NCBI RefSeq assembly: GCF_024521635.1
Contig: NW_026250406.1
Span: 1,054,001 to 1,118,000, forward strand
Direction of reading: 5' to 3'
Length of the DNA: 64,000 nt
Origin: Tricharina praecox
Lineage: Eukaryota
The translations under genes and the position numbers were made by a program. Under the pieces are notes generated by a model. That model saw only the letters and a program-made list of their open reading frames with translations. It made no database searches and had not been told where the DNA came from. Shown piece by piece: positions 12,332 through 22,635 of this stretch (within the stretch, counting starts at the first letter, position 1; every line of letters starts with the position of its first letter).

Positions 12332-15300
12332 CTACTTCGTTGGGGGTGCATTGACTTCGGCGTTATTCCGCAGCAGAAGCTCGACAATCGATTCGCGACC
12401 TCTCCCGCATGCGACCTGGAGGGCGGTTCTTCCACCATGCACCGCTGGAGGAGCATTGACTTCGGCGTTATTCCGCAGCAGAAGCTCGACAATCGATTCG
12501 TGACCTTCCTCGCATGCGGCCTGGAGGGCGGTTCTTCCACCATCCACCGCTGGAAGAGCATTGACTTCGGCATTATTCCGCAGCAGAAGCTCGACAATCG
12601 ATTCGTGGCCTCTCCCGCATGCGACCTGGAGGGCTGTTCTTCCATTATTCACCGCTGGAAGAGCATTGACTTCGGCGTTATTCCGCAGCAGAAGCTCGAC
12701 AATCGATTCGTGGCCTCTCCCGCATGCGACCTGGAGGGCTGTTCTTCCATTATTCACCGCTGGAAGAGCATTGACTTCGGCGTTATTCCGCAGCAGAAGC
12801 TCGACAATCGATTCGCGACCTCTCCCGCATGCGACCTGGAGGGCGGTTCTTCCACCATGCACCGCTGGAGGAGCATTGACTTCGGCGTTATTCCGCAGCA
12901 GAAGCTCGACAATCGATTCGTGACCTCCCTCGCATGCGACCTGGAGGGCGGTTCTTCCACAAATCTCCGCTGGATCAGCATTGACTTCGGCGTTATTCCG
13001 CAGCAGAAGCTCGACAATCGATTCGCGACCTCCCTTGCATGCGGCCTGGAGGGCTGTTCTTCCACAAATCTCCGCTGGATCAGCATTGACTTCGGCGTTA
13101 TTCCGCAGCAGAAGCTCGACAATCGATTCGTGACCTTCCTCGCATGCGGCCTGGAGGGCGGTTCTTCCACCATCCACCGCTGGAAGAGCATTGACTTCGG
13201 CATTATTCCGCAGCAGAAGCTCGACAATCGATTCGCGACCTCTCCCGCATGCGACCTGGAGGGCGGTTCTTCCACAAATCTCCGCTGGATCAGCATTGAC
13301 TTCGGCGTTATTCCGCAGCAGAAGCTCGACAATCGATTCGCGACCTCCCTTGCATGCGGCCTGGAGGGCTGTTCTTCCACAAATCTCCGCTGGATCAGCA
13401 TTGACTTCGGCGTTATTCCGCAGCAGAAGCTCGACAATCGATTCGTGGCCTCTCCCGCATGCGACCTGGAGGGCGGTTCTTCCATTATTCACCGCTGGAA
13501 GAGCATTGACTTCGGCGTTATTCCGCAGCAGAAGCTCGACAATCGAATCGTGACCTTCCTCGCATGCGGCCTGGAGGGCTGTTCTTCCATTATTCACCGC
13601 TGGAAGAGCATTGACTTCGGCGTTATTCCGCAGCAGAAGCTCGACAATCGATTCGTGACCTTCCTCGCATGCGACCTGGAGGGCTGTTCTTCCATTATTC
13701 ACCGCTGGAAGAGCATTGACTTCGGCGTTATTCCGCAGCAGAAGCTCGACAATCGATTCGCGACCTCTCCCGCATGCGACCTGGAGGGCGGTTCTTCCAC
13801 CATGCACCGCTGGAGGAGCATTGACTTCGGCGTTATTCCGCAGCAGAAGCTCGACAATCGATTTGTGACCTTCCTCGCATGCGACCTGGAGGGCTGTTCT
13901 TCCACCATGCACCGCTGGAGGAGCATTGACTTCGGCGTTATTCCGTAGTAGAAGCTCGACAATCGATTCGCGACCTCCCTTGCATGCGGCCTGGAGGGCT
14001 GTTCTTCCACAAATCTCCGCTGGATCAGCATTGACTTCGGCGTTATTCCGCAGCAGAAGCTCGACAATCGATTCGTGACCTTCCTCGCATGCGGCCTGGA
14101 GGGCGGTTCTTCCACCATCCACCGCTGGAAGAGCATTGACTTCGGCATTATTCCGCAGCAGAAGCTCGACAATCGATTCGCGACCTCTCCCGCATGCGAC
14201 CTGGAGGGCGGTTCTTCCACCATGCACCGCTGGAGGAGCATTGACTTCGGCGTTATTCCGCAGCAGAAGCTCGACATTCGATTTGTGACCTTCCTCGCAT
14301 GCGACCTGGAGGGCTGTTCTTCCACCATGCACCGCTGGAGGAGCATTGACTTCGGCGTTATTCCGTAGTAGAAGCTCGACAATCGATTCGCGACCTCCCT
14401 TGCATGCGGCCTGGAGGGCTGTTCTTCCACAAAACTCCGCTGGAGGAGCATTGACTTCAGCGTTATTCCGTAGTAGAAGCTCGACAATCGATTCGCGACC
14501 TCTCCCGCATGCGACCTGGAGGGCGGTTCTTCCACCATGCACCGCTGGAGGAGCATTGACTTCGGCGTTATTCCGCAGCAGAAGCTCGACAATCGATTCG
14601 TGGCCTCTCCCGCATGCGACCTGGAGGGCGGTTCTTCCATTATTCACCGCTGGAAGAGCATTGACTTCGGCGTTATTCCGCAGCAGAAGCTCGACAATCG
14701 AATCGTGACCTTCCTCGCATGCGGCCTGGAGGGCTGTTCTTCCATTATTCACCGCTGGAAGAGCATTGACTTCGGCGTTATTCCGCAGCAGAAGCTCGAC
14801 AATCGATTCGTGACCTTCCTCGCATGCGACCTGGAGGGCGGTTCTTCCACAAATCTCCGCTGGATCAGCATTGACTTCGGCGTTATTCCGCAGCAGAAGC
14901 TCGACAATCGATTCGCGACCTCCCTTGCATGCGGCCTGGAGGGCTGTTCTTCCACAAATCTCCGCTGGATCAGCATTGACTTCGGCGTTATTCCGCAGCA
15001 GAAGCTCGACAATCGATTCGTGACCTTCCTCGCATGCGGCCTGGAGGGCGGTTCTTCCACCATCCACCGCTGGAAGAGCATTGACTTCGGCATTATTCCG
15101 CAGCAGAAGCTCGACAATCGATTCGCGACCTCTCCCGCATGCGACCTGGAGGGCGGTTCTTCCACAAATCTCCGCTGGATCAGCATTGACTTCGGCGTTA
15201 TTCCGCAGCAGAAGCTCGACAATCGATTCGCGACCTCCCTTGCATGCGGCCTGGAGGGCGGTTCTTCCACCATCCACCGCTGGAAGAGCATTGACTTCGG

Positions 15301-16738
15301 CGTTATTCCGTAGTAGAAGCTCGACAATCGATTCGTGACCTCCCTCGCATGCGGCCTGGAGGGCGGTTCTTCCATGAATCTCCGCTGGATCAGCATTGAC
15401 TTCGGCGTTATTCCGCAGCAGAAGCTCGACAATCGATTCGCGACCTCTCCCGCATGCGACCTGGAGGGCGGTTCTTCCACCATGCACCGCTGGAGGAGCA
15501 TTGACTTCGGCGTTATTCCGCAGCAGAAGCTCGACAATCGATTCGTGACCTTCCTCGCATGCGACCTGGAGGGCGGTTCTTCCACAAATCTCCGCTGGAT
15601 CAGCATTGACTTCGGCGTTATTCCGCAGCAGAAGCTCGACAATCGATTCGTGGCCTCTCCCGCATGCGACCTGGAGGGCTGTTCTTCCATTATTCACCGC
15701 TGGAAGAGCATTGACTTCGGCGTTATTCCGCAGCAGAAGCTCGACAATCGATTTGTGACCTCCCTCGCATGTGGCCTGGAGGGCTATTCTTCCACAAAAC
15801 TCCGCTGGAGGAGCATTGACTTCAGCGTTATTCCGTAGTAGAAGCTCGACAATCGATTTGTGACCTCCCTTGCATGCGGCCTGGAGGGCTGTTCTTCCAC
15901 CATGCACCGCTGGAGGAGCATTGACTTCGGCGTTATTCCGTAGTAGAAGCTCGACAATCGATTTGTGACCTCCCTCGCATGTGGCCTGGAGGGCTGTTCT
16001 TCCACAAAACTCCGCTGCTGGAGCATTGACTTCAGCGTTATTCCGTAGTAGAAGCTCGACAATCGATTTGTGACCTCCCTTGCATGCGGCCTGGAGGGCT
16101 GTTCTTCCACCATGCACCGTTGGAGGAGCATTGACTTCGGCGTTATTCCGCAGCCGAACCTCGACAATCGATTCGTGACCTTCCTCGCATGCGACCTGGA
16201 GGGCTGTTCTTCCACGAATCTCCGCTGGATCAGCATTGACTTCGGCGTTATTCCGCAGCAGAAGCTCGACAATCGATTCGTGACCTTCCTCGCATGCGAC
16301 CTGGAGGGCGGTTCTTCCATGAATCTCCGCTGGATCAGCATTGACTTCGGCGTTATTCCGCAGCAGAAGCTCGACAATCGATTCGCGACCTCTCCCGCAT
16401 GCGACCTGGAGGGCGGTTCTTCCACCATGCACCGCTGGAGGAGCATTGACTTCGGCGTTATTCCGCAGCAGAAGCTCGACAATCGATTCGTGACCTTCCT
16501 CGCATGCGGCCTGGAGGGCTGTTCTTCCACCATGCACCGCTGGAGGAGCATTGACTTCGGCGTTATTCCGCAGAAGAAGCTCGACAATCGATTCGTGACC
16601 TTCCTCGCATGCGACCTGGAGGGCTGTTCTTCCACCATGCACCACTGGAGGAGCATTGACTTCGGCGTTATTCCGTAGTAGAAGCTCGACAATCGATTTG
16701 TGACCTCCCTTGCATGCGGCCTGGAGGGCGGTTCGTCC
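12332..16738 (-). repeat. Coding tandem array of 42 units of 105 bp (last unit ends at the stop after 102 nt), no indels
   Basis: The motif ATTGACTTC recurs every 105 nt from 12350 to 16655. Unit n starts at 16738-105(n-1). Confidence 0.97.
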
Positions 16739-17888
16739 TCCACACTTTGCTGGAAACGAATTGACATTGGAACCAGCAGTCAGTAGATGTTCGACTCTTG
16801 ATTTGTCACCTGCCTCACATGCGGCGTAGAGGGTAGTCCGCCCTATCTCTTCGCTGATACCAGTCGGATGCGGGGGGGAGTTCGCCTTGGCACCGTGCGA
16901 AGATTCCGCATCAGGCAAATGATCGAATTGGTCTGGGCGGTATGGGCTCTCGGCTCTTATAGACGCAGATGAGAATCTCAGGACGTCGGGAGGGGAGGGA
17001 TGACGCTCAATGATGGCGGATGAAGGCGTGAGTGATTTCTGTGATTCGCGAAGACTGTTGTTGCCCTTCTTCGGGTCCGGCCCGATTGGCACGTTCGATT
17101 TTCCGGTCGCCGCCTTCAATCTTCCGGTCGCCAAGGTTGGTGGAGAGCATGGCAAGCCGCGAGCGATGCACAACTTGCACCTTTCTGGCCACTGCCTCTC
17201 GTCAGGTTTGCACTATCACTCACCGTTTTTATGTTAGCGGCAATCCTTTCGAGATCGTTTCAGGCTTCCGTACTTTTTGCTTGCTCTCACGGCATTGCCA
17301 GCATTTGAGACTAGCCAACTTCCTTCTCTTTGGATCTTCGAGTCCATCTATCAGACAGGTATACCCGAACTTCTTGCATCTTTCGCAGGACTGTGAACCC
17401 ATAGGCCAGTTGCACTGCATCAAGATCAGAAAAAATGTTGCCGAGATAAATGGAGAACAATCACCTGTCGATGGTCTTTGGTGCAGTGCGAGCACCTCCT
17501 TAGAAGCTGCTCCCGCGTCCTCCTCCCCCTCTTCCGGTTCATGGCCGAGGACGTTTGCGGCGGTAGTTGCGCTGCGGGGCCTGAAATGGTTTGGACAAGA
17601 TGAGGCGAACATTGTGATTGCGCTTGCGACGGAGCTTCCGGAATTTGTATTTCCTGGAAACGGTCTGGTGTCTCGGGAACCTCTGGATATGATGTAGCCC
17701 CTTCTGCTAACGTGGTCAGTGATATTCCAGTACCACCCTTTAAGTTTTGATCTAATCGTCGACCAATGCGGAATAAACCAACCTAAACTGTGGGAGTGAT
17801 TGTTTAGATCAGGTAGCCACAAACGTGGGAAGTTAAGGCGAACATCCGAAGAATTCTGGTCAAAGTAGATCCTGGAGTTGGAGTCCAT
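12332..17888 (-). CDS. Paralogue B: protein of about 1789 aa with two tandem Zn(II)2Cys6 clusters and 42 highly conserved 35-aa ankyrin repeats, plus one divergent N-cap repeat
   Basis: Exons are 17888-17783, 17706-17465, 17414-17274 and 17212-12332. Introns of 76, 50 and 61 nt have GT..AG ends and branch-like CTGAC/CTGAT/CTAAC, and all phases are compatible. The spliced product contains CSHCTKDHRQ|CNWPMGSQSCERCKKFGYTC and CWQCRESKQK|CKPDERQWPERCKLCIARGLPC, then the repeat GRTALQxACxxGxxSIVELLLRNNAEVNAxxxxxx. Exon 1 is the least certain part but is mirrored in paralogue A. Confidence 0.88.
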
Positions 17889-19442
17889 TGGTGTAGCGGC
17901 TGCGAGAGGGTGGCAGAATAGTAGGAAGTACAGAGCTCCATCTCCGGAGGGTGGATATGTGAAGATATAGAAAACCTTCGAGGTAGCCTTTGCTTTTGTG
18001 ATACCAAGCTTTCGCCTCCCAATGAGGGATTGCGCAACATGCGGCGGCGAATGGAGCTTGTGGGGTAGAGGGGAACATCCCGCACTTTGCGCATGTTGCG
18101 AATTGCGACGTGCGACGTGCGACGTGCGCAAAGTGCCAATGGCCCCAGCCGCCAGATCTTTTGCAAGGGTGTTTGGACAGGCTGACATTGTGGCGCCTCC
18201 AGTTAGCGGCGTGTGGAGGCAAGGCTGACGAAAGTCCTCAGCACCGCTCTCAACCGCCAACAGCCAACCCCGAGGCTCGTCACTCCTTATTCTGTCTGAC
18301 GGAAAGACATCAGGCTCGAGGTAAGAAGAGGAGCTACGGCCAGTGGTGATGGTAGTTGTTACTATTGGAGAGTCACGCAGTTCTGATTCTTCTTCAGGCG
18401 GAACCCCTGTTCAGCCTGTCTGAATATCCAAACAACGATCTACCGGTAGTGGAGTGCCCCAACGTCGCTTCTCTTTTCCGGCCGCTACATGTTATGAGGT
18501 TATATCGAGATAATCCGTGCGAAGTGATTGGAAACGGAACCATCGCCACGGTAAGGGCTACTACTCTACTCTACATACCTACTCGTGGCGGGCATCTGAT
18601 ATGCAGTAGGTATTCGGACACACCAAAGGAGTGTGGGTGGGCACCAAAACGAGAAATAAAACACGCCATCCGGATACATCATACGTGCCACGAGTAGGTA
18701 GGTATGCAGGTCGGAAATCCCCACATGCGCGCACCATCTTATTCGCCCACATTGTCGGAAAGAACCGCCAGATACAAAGTACAAGGTACTTACCCAGCTG
18801 GCTTACTAAGTTCACGACCACGGTGGCCCAAGCAGCCGGAAGACGGTATTTTCCAACTGGCCTGTGTGCGACGCTCGCTACATATGATTACTAGTATGTA
18901 GTAACTATCGCCCACCTTTCCGCCGCGAAGCTTCCCTGGACTGTATCTAGAAGATGAGGTAAGCTTTCTGCAGCGCAAATTCCCTGGCGACCATACAATG
19001 TATGTATATACATACAGTACTTGTACAGTACATAGGCCCTGCGAGATTGGGGGCTGTGCATCGATCCTGCTTGGCGCTTGTCCTAGCGTCATGGGGAAGC
19101 TGGAGCCTCGGAAGGCGTCTATGACTTCTTTCCCCAGTCTCATTAGCAGTCTATTGCACAAAATTAGAGTAATAGATTGAAGGCTAGCCTCGTTCCAGCG
19201 CGACCGGTTGGCTCTTATGAAGCAATGACGATGATCTATACGTAATATGTATGTAGGCAGGTATGTTGATGTGAGGAAGTTATGAGAGCGGCAGTCAGCC
19301 GTGATGAATGGGCTCATTACTATATAGGAGACGAGGTAGCCGCCATCAACGTGATGATGAAACCCCATGGAACAAGAGTACCATCACAGAGCCCTTGAAG
19401 GAGTGTCCACAAATCAACACTACCACTGCAGTACATTAGGTA

Positions 19443-19562
19443 CTATAGTGAAGGGGGGGGGGGTAAAAATCCGCTTTCCTGCGTATCAGTACGGTCGAAA
19501 TACCCATTTTGACCGTACTGATGCGGAAAAAGGCTTATTCTTTACCCCCTCCTTCACTATAG
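19443..19562. mobile_element. 120-bp fold-back (hairpin) MITE flanked by TA, possibly Tc1/mariner-type
   Basis: Outer inverted repeat TA|CTATAGTGAAGG...CCTTCACTATAG|TA, a G-run/C-run pair and an inner inverted repeat ATCAGTACGGTCGAAA / TTTTGACCGTACTGAT around a short loop. Confidence 0.7.
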
Positions 19563-19601
19563 TACGAACGAACATCACGAACAGGCTTCGCGTCCTCTCA
19601 T

Positions 19602-19919
19602 CAGTGTTCTCCATCGTCCGGTCCTTTCGGCCAAAATTCCGGACGGTCCGAGCCTGGGACGGACGGTTGCAAAATCTGTCCGTCAGGTCCGAGCCTGGGA
19701 CGGACGGGTCGGTCCCCATCCGACGGTGGAGAATGACCGTCCAAATCATGTGAATATTATTCGACTGATTGATGATTTCTTAGCACCGATATCCTACGCA
19801 CCACCGCGTCAGTTCATCCCTCGCCGCTCCAAAAGCTGTGAAAAGTAGTAGTATTCTGACTCGGATGCCGTCCTCGTCCGCGGCCCAGGACCGGACGGAC
19901 CGGACGATGGAGAACACTG
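19602..19919. mobile_element. 318-bp non-autonomous hAT-type DNA transposon (MITE)
   Basis: Perfect 23-bp TIRs CAGTGTTCTCCATCGTCCGGTCC / GGACCGGACGATGGAGAACACTG. Perfect 8-bp TSD CCTCTCAT at 19594-19601 and 19920-19927. Internal direct repeat GGTCCGAGCCTGGGACGGACGG x2. Confidence 0.92.
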
Positions 19920-22597
19920 CCTCTCATACATAGGTACATACTCACCACTTCACTGTCACGAACATCCTCTTCTTCTCTTCGTTTATCCCCGTAACGATGT
20001 ATCTAAGGATGGACAACACCAAGATGCCGAAGAAACCTTACCGGGCTACCTACCTATCTAGGTACATACCGGGAGGCCCATAACAACCAATGGCTCGGGT
20101 CCGGGGTACCTACTACCTACCTAAGTAGCCATCCGGCTGTCATGCTGCCGTTAGATATTCAAAATGCAATGATTTCTCCACTCATTGATGATTAGGTAGC
20201 TGGAGCCGCCCTCAGCACTCGAGGCGCCTACCAGGCCACGGTACCTACCTAATGTATCTAAGTACCTATGTCAAGTTGACCCGTGCTCGATACAGTTTGG
20301 CCCATATGAAAAGTGATCACGTACATACATCATGTAGCAGCAAAAAGCGGGGTGCGATTGCTACCCGTGGTGATTTTAATACCAAAAAACCACTAGATTT
20401 TGTTCAATACGTATACGGTCTGCCCACTTTTGGAAATGTCAAAGAACACGTATTTCCATAATGACAGGAGCCGTAGGTATCATACCGTCTTTCTCACATC
20501 ACGTGTCGAAAAGTAGTACGTCATCTACAGACTACAGACAACGAGAGTTCTAGTTACAGTATTGCAATGCACTACGTAATTATATCAAGCGTGCAGGTAG
20601 TTGCAGGTTCGTTTTATAAACAAGACTGCGTAGGCATTTGGTCAATTCGGTAGTACTACGTGACCGACAATCGGATAGCTGCGGTATCACTGCTTAACGA
20701 CTTCCGTGCTTGCACTTTAGGGTCCGTACAATGCGATCTTTTGGAGTATTACAGGGTTTGGTAGATGCAGTAGTTAGCACAACGGAGTTGCAGACGGCTT
20801 CTTTACCAATAGCCTTCCAGCCCGGCGGTGGCGTCGAGAGGAGTTCGCACACTTCCTCTCGTCGACAGCTCCTCCTTCACTTCCTCCTTTCGCTGATAGC
20901 TCCTCCTCTCGCCGCAACTCCTTCTCTCGCCAACAGTTCCTCCTCCTCCTCCTCTTGCAGACAGTTCCTCCAGGACACGGCCCCGGCCACAACCATAGCT
21001 AGCATCCGCGGCGAGCTCAGTAACCACCAGTACCAGTACAGCACCTCGCTCAGGGATAGTGTCGCCGTGGTACCGGAAGGGCACCGGTAGTTTTCCGAGT
21101 CCCGACGATCCCTAAGCTTGGATTGTCAGCACGAGTTGTCTATTACTACCTATCATAGTAGTAATACCTGCAAAAACTGAGACGAATACCGCAAGCCACA
21201 CAGTGCATATTGTAACTGGTGACACCCATCTGGAATTCCAAAACACATCAAGGCATTTAGGTACCCCGGGGTCCGAGTGACACATTATGCCCGCCCGCTC
21301 GCCGCACGACGTACGGTACTTAGGAAGGTACGCAGGTAAGTATCCCCCCTCCTCGCGCTCCCGCCTCCCTTCGGCCAGAACACACGTTCGTCGCCGCACT
21401 CCGCCGGTGTGGATGGAGGGACAACTTACAAGTACAACGGTCAACCCAACCAGGCTGGCCGCCGTGGCAATGGAGGCGTGCACGGGGATCAAAAAAGCTA
21501 CAAGGTAACTACTATCATAGCTCGGACAGGAATTCCAGAGCAACCCCCTCACTCACACTCGCGCTCACACATTCCGCAACACATTCCGATTGGATTCGAT
21601 TGGATTCGGTTTGAGTCGACGGCACCGACCGACGACTAGCGGCCAGCGACCGGCGGCCAGCGACTGGTGAGCGGTTCACAACATCTCACAAATTCCCAGA
21701 TTCACAACATCTCATAAATTCACATCTCACAGATTCACAATCCTCTTCCTCTTCCGTTGCCATTGCCACTGCCATTGCCATTGCCATTGCCATTCGTAGC
21801 CATTGCCATTTCCATTCGTAACCATTGCCATTCGTAACCATTACAACCTACATACCAAGTAGGAATCACCGTATCATACCGCAATATTTCACACTCCGCC
21901 TTTACCCTCACCACCAGCTCCACTACTACCTCTCCCGTGCACCAGCACCAGCACCAGCACCAGCAAGACCAAGACCAAGAGCAAGTAAAGTAACGTATAA
22001 ACCCCCCCGCCCCCGTAAAGTAAAGTTAAGTTAAGTAAACGACAATTCAAGAACGTAAATCCCCCGCGCTCCCCCCCACGCTCCCGCTCCTCTTGAAAGG
22101 AAGGAAGGATGGATGGATGGAAGGAAAGATTCAGGAAAGAAGAAGCTCGCAAGCCCCCCCTCCTCCCGCCCCTCCCCCGCCAACAAAGAACCCAAACGAA
22201 CCGAAACGAATCGGACAAAACGAAACAGTAACGGAAACAGAACTCACCATCCGAGTCATCATCATCGTTCAAGCTTCAAGCTTCAAATCCTCACAACCCC
22301 ACAACCGCAGCGCAACGCAACGCAAAAGATGAAAACCCGAACGAGCGACATCACAGCTATGCCCCGCGCCTCCTCCCCCGTCCCACCCGACCACCCGAGT
22401 ACCGCAGGCTGGAATTTTTTGTAACCCTCACAACGAAACAAAATCCGATGCCGTAGGAAATACCAACAAACTCCAGCAATTCAATCGATGCGTTTCCGTG
22501 CGATGCGTTTCCATGCAGCAGTGCCAGCCGTATCTTTGAGTAAGCGCGAAAATAAAGAATAAAAACATACAAGAAAGAAGAAACAGAAAACGAGATA

Positions 22598-22599
<2 letters not shown>

Positions 22600-22632
<33 letters not shown>
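22600..22632. repeat. C33 homopolymer (G33 on the WHI3 sense strand)
   Basis: Read directly from the sequence. Confidence 0.95.

Positions 22633-22635
<3 letters not shown>

Noticed and set aside
12332..16738. CRISPR-like repeat/spacer array
   Set aside because: The units are 105-bp in-frame coding ankyrin repeats, the variable parts are a few recurring alleles rather than unique spacers, the context is eukaryotic and there are no cas genes.
12322..16767. Long alternative-frame and antisense ORFs over the array (e.g. 12437-13948 +, 13699-14640 -)
   Set aside because: These are shadows of a stop-poor repeat unit. They break wherever a synonymous variant appears, whereas the ankyrin frame never breaks.
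5279..17888. Canonical NLR (NACHT/NB-ARC) genes
   Set aside because: No Walker A/B P-loop motif is seen in either paralogue.
17229..18260. 343-aa ORF as a standalone gene
   Set aside because: It strings together upstream sequence, exon 1, introns and exon 3 of paralogue B. The spliced model explains the Cys motifs better.
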